A stretch of DNA of 64,000 nucleotides from Lachnospiraceae bacterium (GTDB lineage Bacteria > Bacillota > Clostridia > Lachnospirales > Lachnospiraceae): contig JAILQK010000096.1 in assembly GCA_024699045.1 (NCBI GenBank), positions 2,008 to 66,007 of the forward strand, given 5' to 3'. A program made the position numbers and the translations under genes. Under the pieces are notes generated by a model, which saw only the letters and a list, made by a program, of their open reading frames with translations, did not search any database and had not been told where the DNA came from. This document shows positions 9,215 through 18,824 of this stretch, piece after piece. How positions within the stretch are numbered: position 1 is the first letter of the stretch; each line of letters opens with the position of its first letter.

Positions 9215-9856
9215 TTGGACAGCAATAGTGTAGAGTCGATTACAAGAGCTGTACTGCAGGCCCTGGAAGGAGCCAATGAAAAAAAGCCGAAGATGTCGGT
9301 GCCGATAGGTGTTTCCGCAAGACATATCCATCTGACACAGGAACATGTGGAAACCCTTTTCGGACCCGGATATCATCTTACAAAGAAAAAGGACCTTATG
9401 GGGGGACAGTTTGCGGCAAACGAGCAGTGCACAATAGTAGGCTTAAAGCTTCGCGCCATAGAAAACGTGCGGATCCTCGGCCCTGTTCGTAAGGCATCAC
9501 AGGTAGAGATATCCGCAACGGATGCGAGAACTCTCGGGGTAAATGCGCCGCTGAGAGAGTCCGGAGATGTTGCGGGATCGGCGCCTGTGTCGCTGGTCGG
9601 ACCAAAGGGGGTTTTGTACCTGAACGAGGGATGCATAGTCGCGGCAAGACATATTCATATGACGCCGCAGGAAGCGGGAGCGGCGGGTCTCAAGGATGGC
9701 GATTATGTTTCGGTCCGTATGGGAAATGATCGCGGAGCGGTGCTTGACAAGGTCAAGATCCGTGTAGATCCTTCGTTTTCGCTCGAGATGCATATCGATA
9801 CGGACGAAGCGAACGCATGCCAGGTTAAGCAGGGGGATACAGCGGAGATCATATGA
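9215..9856 (+). CDS. pduL: Phosphate propanoyltransferase
   Basis: VSARHIHL and RHIHM motifs, MHIDTDEANA. TTG start after AGGAGG; N-terminal encapsulation peptide. Confidence 0.93.
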   Translation: MDSNSVESITRAVLQALEGANEKKPKMSVPIGVSARHIHLTQEHVETLFGPGYHLTKKKDLMGGQFAANEQCTIVGLKLRAIENVRILGPVRKASQVEISATDARTLGVNAPLRESGDVAGSAPVSLVGPKGVLYLNEGCIVAARHIHMTPQEAGAAGLKDGDYVSVRMGNDRGAVLDKVKIRVDPSFSLEMHIDTDEANACQVKQGDTAEII

Positions 9857-10116
9857 TTATAGGAAAGGTGATAGGGAGTGTATTCTCCACAAGGAAGAGC
9901 GAAAAGCTGGTCGGGAATAAATTTATGATAGTCCGGCCGGAGGAGTCTATGAATGACGACGGAGGAGATCTGGTTGCCATAGACATCATCGGAGCGGGCA
10001 TAGGCGAAAGAGTGCTTGTGGCCCAGGGTTCTGCCGCACGTATAGGTTGTGACATGAAGGATGCTCCGGTAGACGCGGCGATCGTCGGCATTATAGACGA
10101 AGGTCAGGAGATGTGA
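9853..10116 (+). CDS. pduN: BMC-P vertex protein (EutN/CcmL/PduN)
   Basis: GKVIGSVFST, AID..GAGIGE.VLV and DAAIVGIID. Confidence 0.93.
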   Translation: MIIGKVIGSVFSTRKSEKLVGNKFMIVRPEESMNDDGGDLVAIDIIGAGIGERVLVAQGSAARIGCDMKDAPVDAAIVGIIDEGQEM

Positions 10117-11453
10117 TGGATCTACGATCGTTACAGGAAACAGCACGTGAAAACGGCATAGTGGGAGCCGGTGGAGCCGGCTTCCCGGCCTATGCAAAGA
10201 TGACCGACAAGGCAGACACGGTGATCCTGAACTGCGTGGAATGCGAGCCGCTTCTGAAGCTTCATCGTCAGCTTTTGGCTGAACATGCCCGGGATATCGT
10301 ATCCATGCTGGATGAAGTAAGGGCGGTGTTCAACGCACAGGAGGCTGTGATAGGCATCAAAGCCGAGTATGTCGAGACGATCAGGGCGCTTGAGGAAGTG
10401 CTTCAGGATTACGACAACGTAAGAATGGAGCAGGTTAAAGCCGCATACCCTATGGGGGATGAGGTGATCCTGATCTATGAGGCTACAGGAAGGGTTGTCC
10501 GTCCCGGAGGGCTTCCGGCAGACGAGCATGTCGTAGTATATAATGTCGAAACGATGTATAACCTGTTCAGGGCAGTACATGAAGGGAAACCGGTGACGAG
10601 CAAGGTCGTATCGATCGTAGGAGAGATAGATCATCCCGCCACACTCAGGGTACCGATAGGGACCACGGTCAAGGAGGCAGTGGCTCTGGCGGGAAAGATC
10701 ACCGTAGAAGATCCCGCCTATCTAATGGGCGGACCGATGATGGGTAAACTCGGTGACGAAAATACCCTTATAACCAAAACTACCAATGCGATCATCATAC
10801 TGGACAGATCGCATGATATTGTACTTAAGATGAAAAAAGACCTTGGAGTGGAACGGCGCAGGGCATCTTCCGCCTGCTGCCAGTGCAGAACCTGCACCGA
10901 TCTCTGTTCACGTCATGCGCTCGGACATCCGATCGAGCCGCACCGTATCATGCGAGCGGTGGCTAATCAGGACGTAAGCGATCTTTCGGTGTTTGTTAAT
11001 TCGGCTTTTTGCAGCGGATGCGGAATATGTGAAAAATATGCATGTCCTCAGGGACTTTCACCCAAGACGATAATACAGGAGTTTAAGGCCGGATTGCGCG
11101 CTGCAGGAATAAATGCGGGGAAGCCGGAGCCGGCTCCGGTAGGGGAGGACAGGGAGTTGAAAAAGGTGCCTGTCCACAGACTTGCGTCAAGGCTCGGGCT
11201 TACAAAATACGATGTACCCGCGCCGTTTGAGGACGATCTGAAATCGGTCTCAAAGGTCAGGATCCCTCTGAGTCAGCATATAGGAGCACCCGCAAAGGCA
11301 GCAGTCAAAAAGGGAGATAAGGTAAGCGCAGGGCAGATGATAGCCGTACCGGCAGAGGGCCTTTCGGTTGGGATACATACGTCCATAGACGGGACGGTTT
11401 CCGATGTAACGGAAGGATATATTGAAGTAAGGTCGGATCAGGGCAGAAAATAA
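10116..11453 (+). CDS. pduS: PduS-like (RnfC-like) Fe-S flavoprotein
   Basis: GAGGAGFP, ECEP, GGPMMG, two CxxCxxCxxxC-type clusters and a C-terminal QHIGAP sandwich domain. Confidence 0.88.
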   Translation: MDLRSLQETARENGIVGAGGAGFPAYAKMTDKADTVILNCVECEPLLKLHRQLLAEHARDIVSMLDEVRAVFNAQEAVIGIKAEYVETIRALEEVLQDYDNVRMEQVKAAYPMGDEVILIYEATGRVVRPGGLPADEHVVVYNVETMYNLFRAVHEGKPVTSKVVSIVGEIDHPATLRVPIGTTVKEAVALAGKITVEDPAYLMGGPMMGKLGDENTLITKTTNAIIILDRSHDIVLKMKKDLGVERRRASSACCQCRTCTDLCSRHALGHPIEPHRIMRAVANQDVSDLSVFVNSAFCSGCGICEKYACPQGLSPKTIIQEFKAGLRAAGINAGKPEPAPVGEDRELKKVPVHRLASRLGLTKYDVPAPFEDDLKSVSKVRIPLSQHIGAPAKAAVKKGDKVSAGQMIAVPAEGLSVGIHTSIDGTVSDVTEGYIEVRSDQGRK

Positions 11454-11500
11454 ATGAATGGAACCCGGAGGGTTTCAAGATCGATTAAGAGGATAACATT

Positions 11501-12049
11501 GTGGCAAAAGCAATCGGAATGGTAGAGTGTACAACAGTGTCCACGGGCTTTAAGGCTGCGGACGATATGGCGAAAGCGGCGGAGGTGGAACTGCTTCAGG
11601 CAGAGACAACCTGTCCCGGAAAGTTCGTGATCCTGATAACCGGGGAATTGTCAGCGGTCAGGGCATCGGTGGACCGTGCGGCAAAAGCTTATGAAGACAA
11701 GGTGATAGATACGTTTGTTCTTGGTAATCCGCATGAATCGATCTTTCCGGCTATATACGGAACATCACAGCCTGAGAAGATCGATGCGCTCGGAGTGCTT
11801 GAGACATATGATGTAGCGGCTATGATAGTGGCGGCGGATATTGCAGCCAAAACAGCAATAGTAGAGCTTATGGAACTCAGACTGGCGAAAGGAATGTGCG
11901 GGAAAAGTTACATGACGATCACCGGAAGCGTTTCAGCGGTTCAGGCGGCTATCGATGCGGCAAAGATCGCTGCCGGAGACAAGGGGATGTTCCTTGACGA
12001 ATCCGTAATAGCCAGACCATCCGATCAGCTGATGAGATTTTTGACATAG
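11501..12049 (+). CDS. pduT: BMC-T tandem shell protein (PduT-like)
   Basis: Two BMC domains; CPGK pore Cys. Confidence 0.88.
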   Translation: MAKAIGMVECTTVSTGFKAADDMAKAAEVELLQAETTCPGKFVILITGELSAVRASVDRAAKAYEDKVIDTFVLGNPHESIFPAIYGTSQPEKIDALGVLETYDVAAMIVAADIAAKTAIVELMELRLAKGMCGKSYMTITGSVSAVQAAIDAAKIAAGDKGMFLDESVIARPSDQLMRFLT

Positions 12050-12121
12050 ATTTACTTTTGTCTGTAAAGCCGCAGGACATGAGTAATACATGTCCCGCGG
12101 GGAAAGATATGGATTGAGTTT

Positions 12122-12895
12122 GTGAGTATGCTTGCGGCAGAAAGAAGAAACAGTATACTTGAAAAAATACAGGAAGAAAAGAAGGTCATCGTAGGAGAAC
12201 TCAGTCGTGAGTATGAGGTTTCCGAAGAGACGATCCGCAGAGATCTTGAGAGACTGGAAGAGGAAGGCCACATAGTAAAAAGCTACGGTGGCGCGGTTCT
12301 TAATGAGACCGGGGTTATCGAGCTTCCTCATAATGTCAGGAGAAGGGTAAATCCGGCGGCGAAGCAGAAGATCGCCGAGCTTGTCTGTAACGAGATAGAG
12401 GAAAACGACCATGTTTTTCTGGATGCTTCAACGACGTCGGTCTATATTTCGAAGGCTATCAAGCAGAAGGAACACCTGACTATAATCACGAATTCGATAG
12501 AAAACCTGCTTGAATTATCTCTTGTCACAGGATGGGACATCATTTCCACCGGAGGGCAGCTTAAAGCCGGAACCATGTCACTGTACGGATGGAAAACGGC
12601 GGAAACATTAGGAGCGTATCACGCGGACAAGGTGTTCATGTCCTGTAAAGGGATCTCGAAGGACAGGGGTATAACGGACGGGAATGATGAAACTGCAGGA
12701 ATAAAGCAGGCTATGATCGCTTCGGCGGCAAAAGTGTACCTTGCCGTGGATCATTCAAAATTCGACAGGATGGCGTTCTCGCAGATATGCGGGTTTAATA
12801 AGATAGATACGGTAATAACGGATCAGGAACCCGAACCGGTATGGAAAGAATTTTTTTCATCAAACGGTATCGGATTGATCTATCCGGAAAGCTGA
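12122..12895 (+). CDS. DeoR/GlpR family transcriptional regulator
   Basis: VSEETIRRDL HTH, YGGA, LDASTT, ITNS and DHSKF. Confidence 0.93.
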   Translation: MSMLAAERRNSILEKIQEEKKVIVGELSREYEVSEETIRRDLERLEEEGHIVKSYGGAVLNETGVIELPHNVRRRVNPAAKQKIAELVCNEIEENDHVFLDASTTSVYISKAIKQKEHLTIITNSIENLLELSLVTGWDIISTGGQLKAGTMSLYGWKTAETLGAYHADKVFMSCKGISKDRGITDGNDETAGIKQAMIASAAKVYLAVDHSKFDRMAFSQICGFNKIDTVITDQEPEPVWKEFFSSNGIGLIYPES

Positions 12896-12970
12896 TAAAA
12901 AAGCTCGGAGATTCATCCGGTGGAATATGTCGATAAGACATTTGCCGGGAATAAAGAAGGGAGTATTGGT

Positions 12971-15502
12971 ATGAAGGGATTTGACAGCACACCGGTAGCA
13001 AAGACGGAAAGGATAACCAGGCTGGTATCTGATCTGTTTGCAAAGATGCCGGAGATAGAGGCATCAAGAGCGGAACTTATAACTGAATCTTTCAGATCTA
13101 CAGAGGGGCTTCCGATCGTAACGAGAAAGGCGCTGGCTTTCAGACATATTCTTCACGGTCTTCCGATAGTCATAAGACCCGGAGAGCTTATAGTTGGAAG
13201 TACGACGATCGCTCCCAGAGGTTGTCAGACATACCCTGAGTTTTCATATGACTGGCTTGAAGCGGAATTCGATACCGTCGAGCACAGAGCAGCAGACCCG
13301 TTTTATATTTCCGAGGAGACCAAGCAGCGTCTGTTAAAAGTCAATCCATACTGGAAGGGGAAGACAACGAGTGAGCTTGCAAGATCTTATATGGCGCCGG
13401 AGACACTTAGGGCCATGGATCATAATTTCTTTACTCCGGGAAATTACTATTATAACGGTGTCGGCCATGTGAACGTGCATTATGACAGAGTGATCTATGA
13501 AGGTTTAAAAGGGATAATGGCCCAGACCTCCGAGGAGCTTTCAAAGGTCAGCTTTTGCGATCCCGAGTACGGAGATAAAAAGAGATTTCTTGAGGCAGTC
13601 ATCATATCGTGTCAGGCAGTCATCGATTATGCGCAAAGATATTCGAAGCTTGCCGGGGAACTTGCGTCAAAGGAAACCGACAACGTCAGAAAACAGGAAT
13701 TACTGAAGATATCCGAGATATGCGCTCATGTTCCGGAAAATCCGGCGAGAACCTTTGAGGAAGGACTTCAGGCATTCTGGTTCGTACAGCAGACACTCCA
13801 GATAGAGTCATCCGGACATTCAATATCTCCGGGGCGGTTTGATCAGTACATGTATCCCTTGTATGAGAAGGATATGGAGGAGGGCAGACTGACCCGCGAA
13901 TACGCCCAGGAACTGCTCGACTGCGTCTGGGTAAAACTCAACGATCTTAATAAATGCAGAGATGCGGCATCCGCTGAAGGTTTTGCAGGCTACTCCCTGT
14001 TTCAGAACCTGATCGTCGGAGGTCAGACAAAAGACGGAAGGGATGCCACAAATGATCTGTCTTTTATGTGCCTCGACGCTACAAAGCATGTATTTCTTCC
14101 GCAGCCGTCCATATCGATAAGGGTATGGAACGGTTCTGCAAAAGAGCTTCTTATAAGAGCGGCGGAGGTTACGCGCACAGGAATAGGGTTCCCGGCCTAT
14201 TACAACGATGAGATAATAATACCGGCGATGGAAAATCGGGGGATAAATATAGAGGATGCCAGAAATTATTGCATAATAGGATGCGTTGAGCCCCACGTTC
14301 CCGGCAAGGAGGACGGCTGGCACGATGCCGCTTTCTTTAATATGTGCAGACCGCTTGAGATGGTATTTACAAACGGTGTTGATAACGGGGAAGTGGCCAG
14401 TATCCGGACCGGGGATGTGAGCTCTATCGGATCATATGAAGAGTTTAAGGCGGCTTATAAAAAGCAGATGGATTATAATATCGCACTTTTGGTAAATGCG
14501 GATAATGCCATCGATCGAGCGCATGCCGAGCTTTGTCCGCTTCCGTTTGAATCGGCTCTTATCGATGATTGTATTTCAAGGGCGGTACCGCTTCAGCAGG
14601 GCGGGGCTCACTATAACTTTACAGGTCCGCAGGGCTTTGGTATCGCAAATGTTGCGGATTCCCTGTATACGGTAAAGACGCTTGTTTTCGAACAAAATAA
14701 ATTCACTCTCAAAGAACTGGCGAAGGCTATGGAGATGAATTATGGACAGGGCTTCGATGAGATCACGGCGAGAGAAGCGGCAATGCAGGCAGGCAGAGTG
14801 ATGGCGGCCAAAGGAGAGACTATAAGCCCCGAGGTCATTTCGTCCATTATAGATAAGGTTCTCAATATGCAGATCCCGGCGGATGAAAAGAAACGGTACG
14901 AAGAGATAAGGGATATGATAATAGATCTGCCCCACTTCGGAAATGACATTGATGAGGTTGATACAATAGCGAGAGAAGCGGCATATTATTACACCAGACC
15001 CCTGCCGCAGTACAGGAATCCTCGCGGAGGCATATTCCAGGCAGGACTATATCCGGTATCCGCAAATGTTCCTTTGGGAGCGCAGACGGGTGCTACGCCG
15101 GATGGAAGGCTTGCGCATACACCCGTTGCGGACGGAGTATCGCCTACCAGCGGATATGATCTTAACGGTCCCACTGCATCCTGTAATTCGGTGGCAAGGC
15201 TTGATCATGCAGAGGCATCCAACGGAACGCTCTTCAATATGAAGATACACCCGACAGCCATGACTACGGAAAAAGATCTGGATGATTTTGTATCACTGGT
15301 GCGTGGATACTTTGATCAGAAGGGGATGCACATGCAGTTTAATGTTGTTGACAGACAGACGCTGCTGGATGCTCAGGCTCATCCCGAAAAATATGCCGGA
15401 CTCGTAGTCAGAGTGGCCGGTTACTCGGCCCTGTTCACAACGCTTTCCAAATCATTACAGGATGACATCATAAAGCGTACGGAGCAGGGACTTCATAGAT
15501 GA
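12971..15502 (+). CDS. Glycyl-radical (B12-independent) 1,2-propanediol dehydratase
   Basis: GCVEP thiyl loop (14279-14293) and RVAGYS glycyl motif. N-terminus resembles the Roseburia-type propanediol dehydratase. AGGGAG SD supports ATG 12971. Confidence 0.88.
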   Translation: MKGFDSTPVAKTERITRLVSDLFAKMPEIEASRAELITESFRSTEGLPIVTRKALAFRHILHGLPIVIRPGELIVGSTTIAPRGCQTYPEFSYDWLEAEFDTVEHRAADPFYISEETKQRLLKVNPYWKGKTTSELARSYMAPETLRAMDHNFFTPGNYYYNGVGHVNVHYDRVIYEGLKGIMAQTSEELSKVSFCDPEYGDKKRFLEAVIISCQAVIDYAQRYSKLAGELASKETDNVRKQELLKISEICAHVPENPARTFEEGLQAFWFVQQTLQIESSGHSISPGRFDQYMYPLYEKDMEEGRLTREYAQELLDCVWVKLNDLNKCRDAASAEGFAGYSLFQNLIVGGQTKDGRDATNDLSFMCLDATKHVFLPQPSISIRVWNGSAKELLIRAAEVTRTGIGFPAYYNDEIIIPAMENRGINIEDARNYCIIGCVEPHVPGKEDGWHDAAFFNMCRPLEMVFTNGVDNGEVASIRTGDVSSIGSYEEFKAAYKKQMDYNIALLVNADNAIDRAHAELCPLPFESALIDDCISRAVPLQQGGAHYNFTGPQGFGIANVADSLYTVKTLVFEQNKFTLKELAKAMEMNYGQGFDEITAREAAMQAGRVMAAKGETISPEVISSIIDKVLNMQIPADEKKRYEEIRDMIIDLPHFGNDIDEVDTIAREAAYYYTRPLPQYRNPRGGIFQAGLYPVSANVPLGAQTGATPDGRLAHTPVADGVSPTSGYDLNGPTASCNSVARLDHAEASNGTLFNMKIHPTAMTTEKDLDDFVSLVRGYFDQKGMHMQFNVVDRQTLLDAQAHPEKYAGLVVRVAGYSALFTTLSKSLQDDIIKRTEQGLHR

Positions 15503-15521
15503 CATACGGTGAAGGATATAA

Positions 15522-16322
15522 ATGGACGATTACGGTTATTTGGATGTAAAGGGCAGGATATTTGATATACAGAGATACTCTATCCACGATGGGATAGGGA
15601 TAAGGACAATAGTGTTCCTCAAGGGATGCGCGCTCAGGTGTCGTTGGTGCTGTAATCCCGAGTCTCAGAGTTTTGAGACGGAAACTATGATGGTCAACGG
15701 GAAACCCAGAATATACGGTCGGGATGTGACTGTACGCGAAGTGATGCAGACAGTACGGCGGGATATGCCTTATTACAGCAGGTCTGACGGTGGTCTTACG
15801 CTTTCAGGCGGAGAAAGCCTGCTTCAACCTGAGTTTGCAGAGGCGCTGCTCCATGCGGGAAAAGTCCTCGGGGTCAATACCGCGCTTGAAAGCATGGGCT
15901 TTGCCAGATATGAGACTATAGAAAAGATACTGCCGTATCTGGATACATATCTTATGGATATCAAACATATGGATCCTAAAAAACATGAAGCATGGTGTGG
16001 TAAGGAAAACACCCTGATGGTGGAGAATGCAAGAAAGATCGCAGCGAGCGGACTGACTCACCTCATCATAAGGGTCCCGGTCGTACCGGGATTTAATGAC
16101 ACGGAAAAAGAACTGACGGATATAGCGCGGTTTGCAGACTCACTCCCGGGAGTGGAAGAGATAGATATCCTTCCCTATCATAACTTCGGAGAAGGAAAAT
16201 ATACGGGACTGGGCAGGGATTATCCCATGGGAGATGCGGCGCGGCCTTCCGCAGAAAAAATGGAAGGTTTCAAATCGGCAATAGAGCGTGCTACCGGACT
16301 TTATTGCCAGATCGGAGGATGA
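15522..16322 (+). CDS. Glycyl-radical activating enzyme (radical SAM) without ferredoxin insert
   Basis: HDG.GIRT.VFLKGC and CALRCRWCCNPES, then GGLTLSGGE with no extra Cys clusters. Confidence 0.92.
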   Translation: MDDYGYLDVKGRIFDIQRYSIHDGIGIRTIVFLKGCALRCRWCCNPESQSFETETMMVNGKPRIYGRDVTVREVMQTVRRDMPYYSRSDGGLTLSGGESLLQPEFAEALLHAGKVLGVNTALESMGFARYETIEKILPYLDTYLMDIKHMDPKKHEAWCGKENTLMVENARKIAASGLTHLIIRVPVVPGFNDTEKELTDIARFADSLPGVEEIDILPYHNFGEGKYTGLGRDYPMGDAARPSAEKMEGFKSAIERATGLYCQIGG

Positions 16323-16327
16323 TAGGA

Positions 16328-16660
16328 ATGAATCCCAGGATAGAGGTAGTGCCTCATTGCGAGGGAGGACAGGGACAAGTCACCTTCAGACATCTTACGG
16401 AAAAGCATCAGATGAATGAAGCATGTTTATTGTATGCGGAAGTTACGGTGTATCCGGGTTCGTCCGTTGGCTGGCATGTCCATAAGGGAGAAAGTGAGAC
16501 ATATTATATCCTTTCCGGTACAGCGGAATATAACGACAACGGAAAGGTCCGGAGAGTGTATCCCGGAGAGACAACTTATACTCCGGATGGGTTTGGACAT
16601 GAGATAAAGCCGTTCGGCAAGGAACCGTTGGTATTCATGGCATTGTTGCTTAAGACCTGA
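16328..16660 (+). CDS. Single-domain cupin
   Basis: GWHVH...E.YYILSG and GFGHEI cupin metal motif. GGAGG SD before ATG 16328. Confidence 0.85.
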   Translation: MNPRIEVVPHCEGGQGQVTFRHLTEKHQMNEACLLYAEVTVYPGSSVGWHVHKGESETYYILSGTAEYNDNGKVRRVYPGETTYTPDGFGHEIKPFGKEPLVFMALLLKT

Positions 16661-16696
16661 ATCAGGGACTTGAAATAATAAAGGAGGATCAAAAAG

Positions 16697-17008
16697 ATGA
16701 TCAAGACATTTAAGATGAAGCTGTATCCGGGACAGGAAAAAGAATACGAAAAGAGGCATAATGAGCTTTGGCCGGAGATGGTCGATATGATCCATCAGCA
16801 CGGGGGCAAAAACTATACGATAAGTCTGGATAAGGAAACACTGACGTTATTCGGGTATATAGAGATCGATGATGAAGAACTCTGGAATAAAGGATCGGAT
16901 ACCGCCATAAACAGAAAGTGGTGGGATTTTATGGCGGACATAATGGAGACGAATCCGGACAACAGTCCTGTAAGCACGGATCTCCCGGTACTGTTCCATT
17001 TGGATTGA
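16697..17008 (+). CDS. rhaM: L-rhamnose mutarotase
   Basis: EYEKRHNELWPE, KWWDFMADIM and VLFHLD. Confidence 0.92.
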   Translation: MIKTFKMKLYPGQEKEYEKRHNELWPEMVDMIHQHGGKNYTISLDKETLTLFGYIEIDDEELWNKGSDTAINRKWWDFMADIMETNPDNSPVSTDLPVLFHLD

Positions 17009-17012
17009 GCTA

Positions 17013-18824
17013 TCAGGAGAGGGTGTCTGTTTCCGGATAATGTGAAGGTATTCGGATCTCTACCTCGGTACCGGTTCCCTGAGCCGATCTGAAGGTCAGA
17101 CCGTAGGCATCACCGAAAAGGATCTGTAAACGACGATGGGTATTGGACACTGCGATGTTCGTGCCCGTCGTTTTTTTGTCGTCCCCAGACAGTACAGAAT
17201 CCAGAGTTTCCCGGTCCATCCCGACTCCATCATCGGATATCAGAATAATGGCGTCCTCCTCCTCGGTCCATCCACCGATGACGATGGTTCCTTCCCTGGA
17301 TTCCTTTTCAAGGATCCCGTGAAGGATCGAGTTTTCTACAATGGGCTGCAGAGTAAGTTTGGGCAGCTTGTAAGACATCATGTCATCCGGGATATCGATC
17401 ATAAGCTCGATCTTTTCCTCGAAACGCATATTCTGCAGTTCCACATACAATTTAACGTGTTCTATCTCGGAACGGATATCGGCGATCGGATCTTTACGGC
17501 TTAAGGTCAGCTTATAGAAACTGGATAACGCCTGAATGGCACGGGTTACTTCGCCTCTTTCTCCGGATTGTGACAGCCAGTTTATCATATCCATGGTATT
17601 GTAGAGAAAATGAGGGTTGATCTGAGCCTGAAGGGCCCGTATCTCCGATGTGCGGAGCTCTTCTGCCGTTTCCTGCTGTCTTTTGACGAGGAGATTCTGC
17701 TGATCCGCCATATAATTATAGGAATCGGTCAGTTCACCGATCTCGTCATGCGAATCCGGATCAGGGATACGTACGGGCGGTTCGGATCTGGCTTCGCGCA
17801 TCTTGGTATTTATAGCCGAAAGACGTAAAGTTATCGACCGGGCGAGAGATAAGGATATGAGAAAGGCTATGAAAAGTGTAAACAGATATATGAAGGAAAA
17901 CTGCTTTATGATCCGTTGTCCTCTTTGAAGGACAACATTTGACGGGATCACGCTTACCATATACCAATCCGTGTCCTCAAGATTAAAGCTTGCGGCATAC
18001 ACGTCCTGTCCCAGCACATTCCTTGTGGTGAAGCCATCCTTTGAGGCGGATATTCCTCGAACGGTGTCATAGTCCATGATATATGCGCCTGTGAGAACAG
18101 GATCCGAGCTTGCGACGACAGCCTGACGCTCATTAATTATATAGGATATGTTTTCGGTTACCGTGTCCTGTTTGAGGATCCGGGTGAGCTCATCCGATGA
18201 GAAGTAGACGGCCAGATATGACGGAGAAACAGCGTATGCTTTAGATGAAGGATAAAGCCGTTCTACATATGCCAGATCCCCGTATTCATTGATCTCTTTG
18301 TGTGAAAGATAAAAAGAGGGACAGTACAATCCGGTATCGGTGGAAGAATTCATTATACCGTTCCAGTAGGTTCCGTGGCTGTTTGACTCGGGAAGAAAGA
18401 AATCCTGCAGGAGCCAGTTTTCATACAGCTCATCCGGAACGTGGTCGGTATATATGTGTATCGAGGTTATAAAGGTCCCGTCCATATCCGAATCCAGCTG
18501 GGTATACAGGTCGTTAAGAAAAGCATTGTTGTGGGCCAGTTCTTCTTTAGCATCATCAGAGATGGAGTCTGTACACAATTGTCTTATAAAAGTATTGTTC
18601 TGTATTGCTGTCGATACGGTTGAGATAGCATCGAGTCGGGCTTCAAGCGCCGATGCACTCTGTTTTGAGAGGGCGAAGGACTGCCGGATCGAATCATTTA
18701 CTATCAGATCGTAGATCGACGAATAGAACAGGCTGACTATAAGGATCGTAGGGATCAGTATCAGGAGAAGATGAGTACAGATCAGTTTCGTCTGGATGGA
18801 GGCGTCTTTAATGAGTCTTTTCAT
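17013..18824 (-). CDS. YesM-type sensor histidine kinase (Cache + HAMP)
   Basis: Two TM segments, DEIGEL HAMP, LQAQINPHFLYNT, LQPIVEN and DDGVGM. Confidence 0.92.
   Translation of the reverse strand: MKRLIKDASIQTKLICTHLLLILIPTILIVSLFYSSIYDLIVNDSIRQSFALSKQSASALEARLDAISTVSTAIQNNTFIRQLCTDSISDDAKEELAHNNAFLNDLYTQLDSDMDGTFITSIHIYTDHVPDELYENWLLQDFFLPESNSHGTYWNGIMNSSTDTGLYCPSFYLSHKEINEYGDLAYVERLYPSSKAYAVSPSYLAVYFSSDELTRILKQDTVTENISYIINERQAVVASSDPVLTGAYIMDYDTVRGISASKDGFTTRNVLGQDVYAASFNLEDTDWYMVSVIPSNVVLQRGQRIIKQFSFIYLFTLFIAFLISLSLARSITLRLSAINTKMREARSEPPVRIPDPDSHDEIGELTDSYNYMADQQNLLVKRQQETAEELRTSEIRALQAQINPHFLYNTMDMINWLSQSGERGEVTRAIQALSSFYKLTLSRKDPIADIRSEIEHVKLYVELQNMRFEEKIELMIDIPDDMMSYKLPKLTLQPIVENSILHGILEKESREGTIVIGGWTEEEDAIILISDDGVGMDRETLDSVLSGDDKKTTGTNIAVSNTHRRLQILFGDAYGLTFRSAQGTGTEVEIRIPSHYPETDTLS

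Noticed and set aside
12920-12970. Upstream GTG start for the dehydratase
   Set aside because: The better SD and the family-like N-terminus both point to ATG 12971.
4174-16322. The microcompartment operon as a new system
   Set aside because: Gene content matches the described GRM5 fucose/rhamnose loci of Roseburia inulinivorans and Clostridium phytofermentans; only details are flagged above.
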